Source of the DNA: Pseudomonadota bacterium
Lineage (GTDB): Bacteria > Myxococcota > JACRCW01 > JAFGSX01
Direction of reading: 5' to 3'
DNA: 64,000 bases
Assembly: GCA_043821645.1 (NCBI GenBank)
Contig: JBDRCO010000003.1
Span: 160,001 to 224,000 of the forward strand
Within the stretch, counting starts at the first letter, position 1; each line of letters starts with the position of its first letter. The notes below the pieces were generated by a model, which was not told where the DNA came from, did not search any database, and worked only from the letters and a program-made list of their open reading frames with translations. Below, in pieces: positions 1 through 9,549 of the stretch. Position numbers and translations under genes: made by a program.

Positions 1-1
1 C

Positions 2-454
2 TGCTCCGATCGTGACGCCCTGGCGCAGGTGGTGCTCCGGGCCGTGCTCTGGCACTACCGTCGAGCCCTGCTGTTCACGGTGCAGCGTGGGTTGATCCTG
101 GGCTGGGATGGGCTGGGCAACCGCGTCGATCGCGACCTGGCCCAGAAACTGATGATCCCGGTCAACGCGCCGTCGGTCTTCGGCCAGACCTGCCAGGCCC
201 AGCGCCCCTTCGTCGGGCCACTCGACGACCGGCCGATCACCGGACTGTTCATCAAGATCCTGGGCGGGCCGCGACCCACGGGCTGCCACTTGATTCCTTT
301 CGTCGTGGGTTCCCGCGTGGTGGCGATCCTGTATGCGGATGGCGCGCTGGGAGAGCTCACCCCGGTTCACGCCAGCGAACTGACCATGCTCGCGACCCAG
401 GTGCGGCGGGCCTTCGGGCGCTTCATGGCGCGCAGTGATGTCTCGCAGACATGA
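2..454 (+). CDS. 5'-truncated protein, C-terminal GAF-like domain (resembles myxobacterial FrgA/GspE-N-associated proteins)
   Basis: Frame open from the window edge (CSDRDALAQVVLRAVL...); 'LIPFVVGSRVVAILYAD' is GAF-like; stop overlaps the next start (ATGA). Confidence 0.55.
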   Translation, partial: CSDRDALAQVVLRAVLWHYRRALLFTVQRGLILGWDGLGNRVDRDLAQKLMIPVNAPSVFGQTCQAQRPFVGPLDDRPITGLFIKILGGPRPTGCHLIPFVVGSRVVAILYADGALGELTPVHASELTMLATQVRRAFGRFMARSDVSQT

Positions 455-1293
455 GCATGCGGGCGTGGGTACTTGGGGTCCTGCTGGTGGGTGTGGTTGC
501 CTCCTGCCGGGATCACGCACCGACCGTGCAGATCGGCAAGATCCTCGTCGATGCCTCGCTCGGCGACGATGGTGTTGTTGTCGATCGTGAAGCGGTGCGC
601 GCGGCCCTTCATGATCAGCTCGAGACCGCGCCCAAGAAGAGCATCCTGCACTGGGCTGACGACGGTCCCGGGCTGGTTCGGGCGCACGTGATGGCAGGTC
701 GGGTTCCGCCCGACGCACATGGCCGGCCGGTGCTGGTGATGCGCCTGCAACTCGATGCCCCCGCAGCGAGCGGTGGGCGGCTGGCGTTCGAGGTGACGTC
801 GGAGCAGCGCGCGGAGTCTGCCGACGAACTACCTCAGGTCCTGCTCGACGCCGCGGCACGCCAGGCGGTGCGGAAGCTAGGGCGAACGCTGGCCCTGGGC
901 TCGGCCCCGGTGCCGGAACTGCTCGAGGTCGCTGCGGGCGAGGACCGCGACCTTCGACTACGAGCGATCAGCGTGCTTGGCGAACGCCGGGATGTCGCGG
1001 CCCTGGAACCGCTGATCCAGCTCTTGCAGGACAAGGACGAGGCCATCGTGCTGCGCGCCGTCGGTGCGTTGGTGGTCCTGGGGGACCCCAGGGGAGTATC
1101 GGCCCTGACCGATCTCACGCATCGCCGGAACCCCAGCTTTGTTCGCCAGATCGTCTATGCTGTCGCTGCCATCGGTGGCCGGGAAGCAGAGGCCTACCTG
1201 TTCATCGTCGCCACGGGGCACCCGGATCCCGCGGTGCAAGAGGCTGCTCGACGGGCCCAGAGCGAGCTCGCCGCGCGACCAGGTGAGCGCTGA
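451..1293 (+). CDS. HEAT-repeat lipoprotein
   Basis: Lipobox VVASC; repeats 'LRLRAISVLGER..ALEPLIQLLQD', 'VLRAVGALVVLGDPRGVSAL'. Confidence 0.75.
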   Translation: MSMRAWVLGVLLVGVVASCRDHAPTVQIGKILVDASLGDDGVVVDREAVRAALHDQLETAPKKSILHWADDGPGLVRAHVMAGRVPPDAHGRPVLVMRLQLDAPAASGGRLAFEVTSEQRAESADELPQVLLDAAARQAVRKLGRTLALGSAPVPELLEVAAGEDRDLRLRAISVLGERRDVAALEPLIQLLQDKDEAIVLRAVGALVVLGDPRGVSALTDLTHRRNPSFVRQIVYAVAAIGGREAEAYLFIVATGHPDPAVQEAARRAQSELAARPGER

Positions 1294-1317
1294 CCGCGCC
1301 CACCACGAGGAGGTGTG

Positions 1318-1905
1318 ATGTCACACAAGGGCCACAAGGTGATCGGTTCGACGCTGGCAATCCTGCTCCTCGCAGTCGGCTGTGCCACGACGCCCAAGAA
1401 TGAGGCTCCGCAGCGTCGGGCGACGGATTACTGGCCGCTGGCCATCGGCAACAGCTGGACCTACCGGATCCAGCACGGCGGGGCCGTCCAGGAAGACTCC
1501 GTCACGATCCTGCAGCGCGATGCGGATGGGTTCTTCGTCGACTCCCAGGGCGCACGGCTCAAGCCACATGCCGCCGGGGTGTTCGACGGCGATCGCTTTT
1601 TGCTTCGAGATCCGCTGGCCGTGGGAACCAAGTGGATGGCGGTGCCGAGCGCCAACGCTCTGGAGCGTTTCGAGATCACCGACGTGGATTTCACGGTCAC
1701 CGTGCCGGCGGGTGTGTTTGAACACTGCGTGCGCGTGCAGGCGATGAACAAGCTGTCCGAGGTCGAGAACTTCGTGGGTGAATGGACCTACGCTCCGGGC
1801 GTCGGGATGATCCAGTTCGTGTCGCGCCGCGAGGTCAAGGGCAAGCCACCTGCGCCGCAAACCGAAATGCTGCTGTTGCGCTTCAAGCTCGAGCCTGCCA
1901 CGTGA
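1318..1905 (+). CDS. Lipoprotein, beta-rich uncharacterised family
   Basis: AGGAGG RBS, lipobox LAVGC, 'YWPLAIGNSWTY' and 'VTVPAGVFEHC...YAPGVG' motifs. Confidence 0.7.
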   Translation: MSHKGHKVIGSTLAILLLAVGCATTPKNEAPQRRATDYWPLAIGNSWTYRIQHGGAVQEDSVTILQRDADGFFVDSQGARLKPHAAGVFDGDRFLLRDPLAVGTKWMAVPSANALERFEITDVDFTVTVPAGVFEHCVRVQAMNKLSEVENFVGEWTYAPGVGMIQFVSRREVKGKPPAPQTEMLLLRFKLEPAT

Positions 1906-3365
1906 GCAGCGGTGCCTTCCTGGGTGCTGCTGTCGACGCCTGGTGGCGCGACCGTCACGGCAGCCCCGAGCGTGTTTTGCAGACCCAGCGCCGGCGCCTG
2001 GCGCGGCTGATCGCGCATGCGCAGCAACAGGTTCCGCTGTATCGCAACCTGTACGCGGGCATCGATCCCCGGCGTTTCGACCTGCAGACCCTGCCTGTGG
2101 TGGACAAGGCCATGGTGCAGGATCGCTTCGCCGACACCCTGGCGGGCGATGCCGTGGGCCTCGACGAGGTGCATAGCTTCGGCGCACACGCGGCGAGCGG
2201 GGCCTTGCTGCACGATCGCTGGATGCTTTTCCATACCAGTGGCACCACGGGCCGTATCGGCTACTTCCTGGTCGACCAGCGGTCCTGGGCGCGGCAGGTT
2301 GGCGTGCTGTTCGCGCGGGTGATGCGCGACCGCCTGACCCTGGGCAACATCCTGCGCTTCGGTCCCTGGCGGCGCTTTCGTGTGGCCCACCTGGTCGCCA
2401 CCGGCGGGCCCTACGTCAGCTTCCTGTTCAGCACCTTTCGCACGGCCCTCACCGGTCTGGTGGCGCGGCAGGTCGCGCTGTCGATCTCGGCACCCCGGGA
2501 TGAGACCCTGCGCGTGCTCGAGGCCTACCAGCCACACTACCTGCACGGCTACGCCAGTTCCGTCGACGCGCTGGCACGCGAGCAGCTTGCCGGAGGCCTG
2601 CACATCGCTCCGGACGTGATCTCCCTGGGGTCCGAATCGGTCACGCCGTGGATGCGCAGCACCCTGGAGCGCGCTTTTCCGGCGACGGAGATCCGCGAGA
2701 CCTATGGCGCCACCGAGTGCCCGGTGATGGCGAACCAGTGTCGGGAAGGCTCCCTGCACATCAACAGCGATGCCTGCCTGCTCGAGGCGGTGGACGCTGA
2801 AGGGCGGGCCGTGCCCCCGGGGCAGGTGTCGACCCGGGTGCTGCTGACCAACCTGCTCAACTACGGCCAGCCCCTGATTCGCTACGAGCTGTCCGACCAG
2901 ATCATCGTCGCGCCCGAGCCCTGTCGCTGCGGCAGTCCCTTCCCGGCGGTGCGGGTGATCGGTCGCACAGACGATACGCTGACCCTGCGGCGGGAGGACG
3001 GTGGCGTCGAGATCTGTCCTCCCATCCCCTTCGAGCTGCTGTTTCTCGATCTGCGTGGCCTGGCCCAGTACCAGTTGTTGCACGAGGTGCAGAACCAGCT
3101 CCAGGTGCGAGCCGTGCTGGAGCAGGGAGTCGATGTGGCCGCGGTCACGCAGGTGCTCCTGCAACGGTTCGAGGCCTGGAAGCACGACCGCGGCCTTGCG
3201 GCGTCGGTCGTCGTGGACCTGGAGATCGTCGACGCCATCCCGAGGGATCCCCGCAGCCACAAGGTCCGGCAGATCATCAGCCGGGTCCCGTCGCTGGACC
3301 CGCCCCCCACCGGGGCCAGGGCGATCGCGATGGGCCACCAGGAGAGGGCAGGAGGCAGGTCATGA
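1902..3365 (+). CDS. Phenylacetate-CoA ligase (PaaK/CapK-like) family adenylating enzyme
   Basis: 'HTSGTTG', 'ETYGATEC', 'LTNLLNYGQPLIRYELSD', 'GRTDD'; GTG start overlaps upstream stop. Confidence 0.8.
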   Translation: MSSGAFLGAAVDAWWRDRHGSPERVLQTQRRRLARLIAHAQQQVPLYRNLYAGIDPRRFDLQTLPVVDKAMVQDRFADTLAGDAVGLDEVHSFGAHAASGALLHDRWMLFHTSGTTGRIGYFLVDQRSWARQVGVLFARVMRDRLTLGNILRFGPWRRFRVAHLVATGGPYVSFLFSTFRTALTGLVARQVALSISAPRDETLRVLEAYQPHYLHGYASSVDALAREQLAGGLHIAPDVISLGSESVTPWMRSTLERAFPATEIRETYGATECPVMANQCREGSLHINSDACLLEAVDAEGRAVPPGQVSTRVLLTNLLNYGQPLIRYELSDQIIVAPEPCRCGSPFPAVRVIGRTDDTLTLRREDGGVEICPPIPFELLFLDLRGLAQYQLLHEVQNQLQVRAVLEQGVDVAAVTQVLLQRFEAWKHDRGLAASVVVDLEIVDAIPRDPRSHKVRQIISRVPSLDPPPTGARAIAMGHQERAGGRS

Positions 3366-3994
3366 GCGCGCGCGCACGGCCTCGAGGGCGGTTCATCGTG
3401 CTCGAGGGGATCGATGGGGCTGGCACCACGACCCAGGCCCGGCGGTTGGTCCGAGCTCTGCGTCGTCGTGGCCACGAGGCCATTGTGACCCGCGAGCCCT
3501 CGAATGGCGTCGTGGGACGCCACATTCGACGATGTCTGCGCCAGACTCCGGGGCCCTCGGCGGAACGTCTGGCTTCTCTGTTCGCCGCCGACAGGCTGGA
3601 TCACGTCGAGACCGAGATCCTGCCAGCCCTGGCCCGCGGCGCCATGGTGGTCAGTGATCGCTACGTGCTGTCGTCGCTGGCCTACCAGGGAGTCGAGGGC
3701 GACGCCGCCTGGATCGAGACCCTCAACAACAAGGCCCCGCCGCCCGACCTGACGCTTCTTCTCGACGTGAGCAGTACGGAGGCGGCGCGTCGACGGCAGC
3801 GCCGCGGTGGCATCAAGGACAGGTACGAGGTCACACCTTTTCAGCGGCGGGTGGCTGCACGATACCGGGAGCTGGCGCAGGTGCGGCAGGTGGACAACGT
3901 CGTGGTGCTGGACGGCTCTGCTCCCGTGGCCGCGATCGCACGAGCCATCCTGGCCGAGGTCGAGGCTATGCTGCCTGCCCGGCGTCGGCTGTGA
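3362..3994 (+). CDS. tmk: Thymidylate (dTMP) kinase
   Basis: 'FIVLEGIDGAGTTTQ', 'TREP', 'LFAADR', 'SDRYVLSSLAYQG'. Confidence 0.93.
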   Translation: MSARARPRGRFIVLEGIDGAGTTTQARRLVRALRRRGHEAIVTREPSNGVVGRHIRRCLRQTPGPSAERLASLFAADRLDHVETEILPALARGAMVVSDRYVLSSLAYQGVEGDAAWIETLNNKAPPPDLTLLLDVSSTEAARRRQRRGGIKDRYEVTPFQRRVAARYRELAQVRQVDNVVVLDGSAPVAAIARAILAEVEAMLPARRRL

Positions 3995-4053
3995 GCTGCA
4001 TCACGGTCAGGGTGATTTGCCCCGCAATCCCATGAAGATATCGGGTTCGGGCA

Positions 4054-4083
4054 TTGACAGAGGGGCGCTCTTCTCATAACCCT
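4054..4083 (+). promoter_or_regulatory. Possible sigma70-type promoter
   Basis: Perfect TTGACA at 4054-4059; only a weak -10 (CATAAC/TAACCC) downstream, upstream of the lipoprotein gene. Confidence 0.35.
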
Positions 4084-4137
4084 TTGCGCGTCATCGCGGG
4101 CACTAGTAAGAAGTTGCGCCGCATCAGGAGGATGACA

Positions 4138-4902
4138 ATGCGACATCGAATTCTGCTGGTCGTGCTGGCTGCGGTGCTGGCCCTTCCGATGGTGGGCTGC
4201 ATGCTGTTCCCGACGGGCTCGGCGAATACCGAAGGCCAGGTTGGTGGCCGAGAGGTCTCGCTGGGAGCCACCGTGTTCTCGTGGTGGGACACCACGGTCT
4301 ACGATGTGGACGACGACGGCAACCTCTTCAAGCAGACCCGTGACGGCGAGGACCAGGTCCTGCACCTCCGCATGTACGGCTATGGTTTCAATCCCCGCGA
4401 GGACCAGCGCTTCTGGTCCTGGCAGCAGATCATCGAGCACAGCTACCAGATCTCCCTGCATGACCGACTGGCCTTCCAGGTCGGCGAGGCGGGGTCCCTG
4501 AGCAACTCGGCGCGTCTCGAGTACAACAACGAGGATCCGCCGCCTAGCGGCGAGGGGCCCTACCTGCGCGCCCAGCCGAGCTTCACCACCGCCCCCATCA
4601 AGGTCAACGAGGGCAACGACTATCCGTCGACCGTCAAGTACCTGGGCTCGCGCCGCGTGTTCGTGCTCGAGCTGAAGAAGGTCGAGCGCGAGGCCGGACG
4701 CGCCGTCGAGGGCAGCTTCGAGGTCAAGATCGAAAAGTCGGACGCCGACAACAGCGGCACCGTAGTCACCGGTTCGGTGCGGGGTGACTTCTCGGCTCCC
4801 GTGATCAACGAGCGCATCGCCGAGTGCAACTTCGATACTGGCGGCGCTGGCATGGGCGTGGACCCCTGCGATGACCTCGAGCTCGACGGCGAGAATCCGT
4901 GA
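4138..4902 (+). CDS. Uncharacterised lipoprotein
   Basis: AGGAGG RBS at 4126-4131, lipobox MVGC, GC-rich third positions. Confidence 0.7.
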   Translation: MRHRILLVVLAAVLALPMVGCMLFPTGSANTEGQVGGREVSLGATVFSWWDTTVYDVDDDGNLFKQTRDGEDQVLHLRMYGYGFNPREDQRFWSWQQIIEHSYQISLHDRLAFQVGEAGSLSNSARLEYNNEDPPPSGEGPYLRAQPSFTTAPIKVNEGNDYPSTVKYLGSRRVFVLELKKVEREAGRAVEGSFEVKIEKSDADNSGTVVTGSVRGDFSAPVINERIAECNFDTGGAGMGVDPCDDLELDGENP

Positions 4903-4938
4903 TCGGTTCGCCGCTCCCCCGCTCCCGACCCACCTGAT

Positions 4939-6294
4939 ATGACGCATCCTCCGTCGTCCGGCGCCGCCCCTGCGCCGACGCTGTACATTCGCACCTTCGG
5001 TTGCCAGATGAACGCGCACGACAGCGGGCGCATGGTGGCCCTCATGCAGGGGGCTGGCTACACCCTGACCGAGGACCCCGAGGGCGCGGACGTCGTCATC
5101 GTCAACACCTGCGAGGTGCGAGACAAGGCGGACCAGAAGATGCTGTCCGCGGTGGGCCGCCTGCGCGAGACCAAGGATGCTCACCCCGGGCAGGTGGTGG
5201 TGGTGGCCGGGTGCGGGGCGCAGCTACGCGGTGCCCGGCTGCTCGAACGCAACGCGCATGTCGACGTGGTGCTGGGCCCGGACCAGATTGCGGAACTGCC
5301 GGCACTTGTGGCAGCAGTTCGGCACGAACGTGTGCCACGAGTTGCCACGGACTGGTGGCAGGGTGCCGGCGCGGATCCGGCGGCGCGTCTCGAGGGAGAG
5401 TTCCCGCACGGTGAGGTCACTGCGTTTGTCACCGCCATGACCGGCTGTGACAACTGCTGCTCCTATTGCATCGTTCCCACCACCCGCGGCCACGAGCGAT
5501 CTCGGCCGGTGGCAGATATCCTCGAGGAGGTGCGCGGCCTGGCCCAGGTGGGCGTCCGCGAGGTGACTCTGCTGGGGCAGAGCGTCAATGCTTACGGCAG
5601 AACGCTGGACGGGGCACCACCCTTTGCCGAACTCCTGCACCAGGTCGCGGCAGTCGAGGGAGTGGCGCGCATTCGCTTCATGACCAGCCATCCGCGCTTC
5701 GTCGATGACGCGCTGGTACGCGCTTTTTCCAGCCTTGAGGCGGTTTGTAGCCACCTGCACCTGCCCGTACAGTCGGGGTCGGACCGCATCCTGCTGGCCA
5801 TGCGCCGCCGCTACGATCGCCAGCTCGTGCTGGAACGGATCCAGGCACTGCGCGCTGCCCGACCCGAGCTAGCGCTGACCACCGACGTCATCGTGGGTTT
5901 TCCAGGTGAGACAGAAGCGGACTTCACGCAGACCCTGGATCTGGTGCGGCAGGTCGCTTTCGACAACATGTTTATGTTTGCGTACAGCGAGCGCCCGGGC
6001 ACTCCGGCGGCGGTGCACCCGGATCCCCTCCCAGCGCCGGTCCGCGCCGAGCGTCTGGCTCGCCTGGCCGAGGTCCAGGCCCCGTTCACGCGCCGCGGTC
6101 TCGATCGCCACGTCGGACGCAGCGTGCAGGTCCTGGTCGAAGGACGCTCCGCCCGGGACCCCGAGGTCTGCACAGGACGATGCAGCCAGAACATCGTGGT
6201 AAACTTCAGGGGGACGGCGGCACCGGGCCTGCTGGTTTCTGTGCGCGTCGAGGAGGCGAAGGCCAACACCCTGTACGGGACGCAGCAGCCGTAG
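4939..6294 (+). CDS. miaB: tRNA-2-methylthio-N6-dimethylallyladenosine synthase
   Basis: 'TFGCQMNAHDS', radical SAM 'CDNCCSYC', 'HLHLPVQSGSD', 'IVGFPGETE', C-terminal TRAM. Confidence 0.93.
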   Translation: MTHPPSSGAAPAPTLYIRTFGCQMNAHDSGRMVALMQGAGYTLTEDPEGADVVIVNTCEVRDKADQKMLSAVGRLRETKDAHPGQVVVVAGCGAQLRGARLLERNAHVDVVLGPDQIAELPALVAAVRHERVPRVATDWWQGAGADPAARLEGEFPHGEVTAFVTAMTGCDNCCSYCIVPTTRGHERSRPVADILEEVRGLAQVGVREVTLLGQSVNAYGRTLDGAPPFAELLHQVAAVEGVARIRFMTSHPRFVDDALVRAFSSLEAVCSHLHLPVQSGSDRILLAMRRRYDRQLVLERIQALRAARPELALTTDVIVGFPGETEADFTQTLDLVRQVAFDNMFMFAYSERPGTPAAVHPDPLPAPVRAERLARLAEVQAPFTRRGLDRHVGRSVQVLVEGRSARDPEVCTGRCSQNIVVNFRGTAAPGLLVSVRVEEAKANTLYGTQQP

Positions 6295-6442
6295 CGGGGC
6301 AGGGCAGGCCAGCGCGAGCGCAGACGCACGCGACGGGCACACGCCGACGGACCGGTTCTCGGTGGAATCTGCCACCGGACCGGTAGCAGCTCTGGTCAGG
6401 ATACCGTGGTCAGGGCGTGCCGACGCCCCAAGGACGGACCCG

Positions 6443-6973
6443 ATGTTGATCCCCGTGTCGGTGGCCGGTCTCGCTCTGGATCCACGGACAGAGAGCCCGA
6501 TCTTGCTGCTCCGGGATGACGCCAACCAGCGCGTGCTCCCGATCTGGATCGGCATTGCCGAGGCCACCGCCATCGCGGCCAAGGTCGAGAACATCGAACT
6601 TCCGAGACCCATGACCCACGACCTGACCCAGTCGCTCGTCGACAAGCTCGGGGGTCGCATCGGTCGGGTGGCCATCACCTCGCTGCGCGACTCCACCTTC
6701 TATGCCAGCGTGTTCGTGCTGCTTGGCGAGGTCGAGAGCGCCATCGACGCCAGGCCCTCGGACGCCGTGGCCCTGGCACTGCGAGCAAACGCACCCATCT
6801 TCGTGGACGATCAGGTCTTCGTGGACGGCTCGTCGGTCGTCGTCAGCAACGCCGCTCTGGTGACCGAGGAGGAGCCGGTCGTCAGCCGTGACGAGGCAGT
6901 GCAGCAGACGGCAGCGGAACGCTGGAGCACGCTGCTCGAGCACATGGAAGACGAGGATCCACAGCACGACTGA
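6443..6973 (+). CDS. Bifunctional nuclease family (DUF151) protein
   Basis: 'LPIWIGIAEA', 'RPMTHDL', 'IDARPSDAVALALR'. Confidence 0.9.
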   Translation: MLIPVSVAGLALDPRTESPILLLRDDANQRVLPIWIGIAEATAIAAKVENIELPRPMTHDLTQSLVDKLGGRIGRVAITSLRDSTFYASVFVLLGEVESAIDARPSDAVALALRANAPIFVDDQVFVDGSSVVVSNAALVTEEEPVVSRDEAVQQTAAERWSTLLEHMEDEDPQHD

Positions 6974-7025
6974 AGCGCGATCGAGAGCGTTCCGGCGATG
7001 TCCTGCCGGGGCGAGGGACGGCCAC

Positions 7026-7439
7026 ATGCAGGCGGCAAGGATCGTGGGACGCGGCGCCGTGACCGCGATGTACGCGGGCCTGATCTTCGCACTGTCGTCC
7101 TCGTCGCAGCCTCTTGGCCTGGATCCACCGGACATCCCTGGGCTGGACAAGCTGGTCCATGGCCTCGAGTTCGGGGTGCTGGCACTCCTGCTGCGCTGGA
7201 GTCTGGCCGGGGTTCCGGTCGGCTGGACTGGGCGCACACGGGACCTGCTGGCGGTGGTGCTCGCCGCTCTGTACGGAGTCAGCGACGAGCTTCACCAGCG
7301 GCTGGTGCCAGGGCGGGACGCCTCACCCTGGGACTCCCTTGCCGACGCGATCGGGGCAATCGTGCTGATCGCCGTCGTGGCGAGCCAGCGCCCCTGGCAG
7401 GACACCGCGCCCCCCGGAGGTGATCGGCATGCTGCGTAG
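7026..7439 (+). CDS. VanZ family membrane protein
   Basis: 'DKLVH..EFGVL', 'YGVSDELHQRLVPGRDASPWD..AD'. Confidence 0.88.
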   Translation: MQAARIVGRGAVTAMYAGLIFALSSSSQPLGLDPPDIPGLDKLVHGLEFGVLALLLRWSLAGVPVGWTGRTRDLLAVVLAALYGVSDELHQRLVPGRDASPWDSLADAIGAIVLIAVVASQRPWQDTAPPGGDRHAA

Positions 7440-7959
7440 CTTCGAGGGACGCCTGCCCGTGCTTGGTGCAGAGGCCTACGTCGATCCCAGCGCCCAGGTG
7501 ATCGGCGCTGTGAGCCTGGGACCCTGCAGCAGCGTGTGGATGCAGGCCGTGGTGCGTGGCGACGTGCATCACATCAACATCGGTGCGCGCTCCAACCTGC
7601 AGGACCACGTGCTGGCTCACGTGACCAAGGATCGCTTCGCCCTGACCGTGGGTGACGACGTGACGGTGGGGCACCACGCCGTGCTGCACGGATGCACGAT
7701 CCATGATCGGGTGCTGGTCGGTATCGGGGCTCGGGTCCTGGACGGCGCTGTGGTGGAGAGCGATGCGATGGTCGGTGCGGGTGCCCTGGTGACCCCGGGT
7801 CTGCGTGTGCCCGCGGGGCAGCTCGTGCTCGGGTCGCCGGCCCGGGTTGCGCGCCCGCTGCGCGACGACGAGCGGGAGTACATCCTGGAACTGGCCCGAC
7901 GCTATGTCGACCTGGCCAGGTCCTATGCCCGCGAAATGGACGCAGGCGACCAAGTCTGA
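7429..7959 (+). CDS. Gamma carbonic anhydrase family (YrdA-like) protein
   Basis: Hexapeptide repeats, 'VVRGDV', 'NLQD..LAH', 'VTVGHHAVLHGC'. Confidence 0.9.
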   Translation: MLRSFEGRLPVLGAEAYVDPSAQVIGAVSLGPCSSVWMQAVVRGDVHHINIGARSNLQDHVLAHVTKDRFALTVGDDVTVGHHAVLHGCTIHDRVLVGIGARVLDGAVVESDAMVGAGALVTPGLRVPAGQLVLGSPARVARPLRDDEREYILELARRYVDLARSYAREMDAGDQV

Positions 7960-8003
7960 GATAAACGGAGCAGGCGCCTGGCAGCATGGGTGGGAGCACG
8001 GGC

Positions 8004-8453
8004 ATGGACATCGCGACGACCCTGCGGACGAGTTCCTTGTTCTCCAAGTTCGGCGACAACGGCCTTGCGCTGATGACCAAGGTCGCCGAGGTGAAGAGCT
8101 TTCCGGCAGGCACCCCCATCTTCGTCGCCAGCATGCTGGGAGAAAGCCTGTACGTGATCCAGAGCGGCGAGATCGCCCTCGAGCTCAGGATGGGAGATCG
8201 CATCGTTCCGCTGTCCTTGCTGAGACCGGGAGCGCACTTCGGGCAGCTCGCCCTGCTCAATCCAGGGCCGCGGCTCGTTGGTGCCGTGGCGCACTCGGCA
8301 GCCACGGTCATCGAGATCCACCGCAAGTCCTTTCTCAAGCTGCACCAGGTCAAGCCGCAGGTGAGCCTCAAGCTCATGCTTGCGATCTGCGAGGACCTGG
8401 CCCAGGCCACCCGCGATATCGCGCCGCTGCTGCTCAGGACGCTCGCTGTGTAG
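8004..8453 (+). CDS. Stand-alone cyclic-nucleotide-binding domain protein (no HTH)
   Basis: 'GESLYVIQSGEI', 'PGAHFGQLALL..PR'. Confidence 0.8.
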   Translation: MDIATTLRTSSLFSKFGDNGLALMTKVAEVKSFPAGTPIFVASMLGESLYVIQSGEIALELRMGDRIVPLSLLRPGAHFGQLALLNPGPRLVGAVAHSAATVIEIHRKSFLKLHQVKPQVSLKLMLAICEDLAQATRDIAPLLLRTLAV

Positions 8454-8504
8454 TGAGATTGCAGGGTCGGCGGGGCGCGAGCGGGGTCGGGGCTGCTGAC
8501 GGCT

Positions 8505-9206
8505 TCAGCGTGCGAGCAGGCTCACCGCCCCCGACGCCGTCGATAGCTGGATGCTGCTGCCACCACCTCCGTTCAGCGTACCCTCCAGGGCACCGCCCAC
8601 GGTGACACCGTCAAAGTCGAGGGCGCTGTCCACGCTGACACTGCCTGCGCCTGTGGCTCCGCTGACATCCGCCATGGTTGCCGCAGGAAGGGTCAGGGAG
8701 ATGTCGCCTGCACCCGTGGCAACACTGAGTGCGGCACCGTCGGCCAGCTCGAGATCGAGGGTGGCGTTGCCATCGCCCGTGGCGGACTCACCGCCGCCCA
8801 CCATGCCGCTCAGGCTCAAGCTGCCTCCGCCCGTGGCCACCTTGAATGTGAGATTCTCGGGCGTCCGTACCTCGATGTCGACCTGGATGGCATCGCCGGC
8901 AAGGTCCTGCGCGAAGATGGCCACGGAGACCTCCTCGCCGTCGTTGGCGACGACGATGTGGCCCGCACCGGGATCGTCGCTGTGCAGGGTGGGCGTCATG
9001 CTCACCTCGGTACGTCCGGCCTCTCCGATGACGGTGATGTTGCCAAAGCTATTGGCCAGGTTCAGGTGCGACGCCTGCTCGACCGCCACCTCCTGGGCCT
9101 GATCCAGCGGTTTGCCATCCGAGGTGTTCCCCAGGTCGATGAAGGGCCCGCAGGCGACGACAGTGAGCAGACCCAGGTTCATCCCCATCTTCTTGACCAA
9201 TGACAT
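8505..9206 (-). CDS. DUF4097-like beta-strand-repeat lipoprotein
   Basis: GGAGG RBS, lipobox VVAC, repeated 'ATGxGxI/V' beta-repeats. Confidence 0.75.
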   Translation of the reverse strand: MSLVKKMGMNLGLLTVVACGPFIDLGNTSDGKPLDQAQEVAVEQASHLNLANSFGNITVIGEAGRTEVSMTPTLHSDDPGAGHIVVANDGEEVSVAIFAQDLAGDAIQVDIEVRTPENLTFKVATGGGSLSLSGMVGGGESATGDGNATLDLELADGAALSVATGAGDISLTLPAATMADVSGATGAGSVSVDSALDFDGVTVGGALEGTLNGGGGSSIQLSTASGAVSLLAR

Positions 9207-9249
9207 GTTCGACCTCCGTTGATGCGCCGTGGCGCTGATGCCAGGAGGG

Positions 9250-9266
9250 AGCAAGCTCCGGGCCAG
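9250..9266 (-). promoter_or_regulatory. Sigma54 (-24/-12) promoter
   Basis: Minus strand CTGGCCCGGAGCTTGCT = GG-N10-GC with TGGC and TTGCT, ~45 nt upstream of the DUF4097 start. Confidence 0.75.
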
Positions 9267-9336
9267 CGGATCGTTCCATAAAAGTCGAAGCGAGCCCGGC
9301 TTCAGCCGGCCCTGACCCCGAGGACACCGAGCGCCC

Positions 9337-9354
9337 TGTCACGCATTCGCGACA
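9337..9354. promoter_or_regulatory. Palindromic enhancer candidate (activator binding site)
   Basis: TGTCAC-N6-GCGACA, with a further TGTCAC half-site at 9356; ~70-90 nt upstream of the sigma54 promoter. Confidence 0.5.
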
Positions 9355-9549
9355 GTGTCACACGAAAGGGGCGAGGGGCCGGGTCAGATGTGACGGGCAT
9401 CACCCCAGCGCACCGGCTGCTCGTTCCGTGGCGTGATCTGCGGGCTGAGCAACGCAGCCGGGGCAGTGGAAAGGCGAACCACGCGTTGTCGTTGCCACCG
9501 CATTGTCGAAGGGTGGGGGCTGGGCAGAACGCATCCCGGAACGGGTTTG

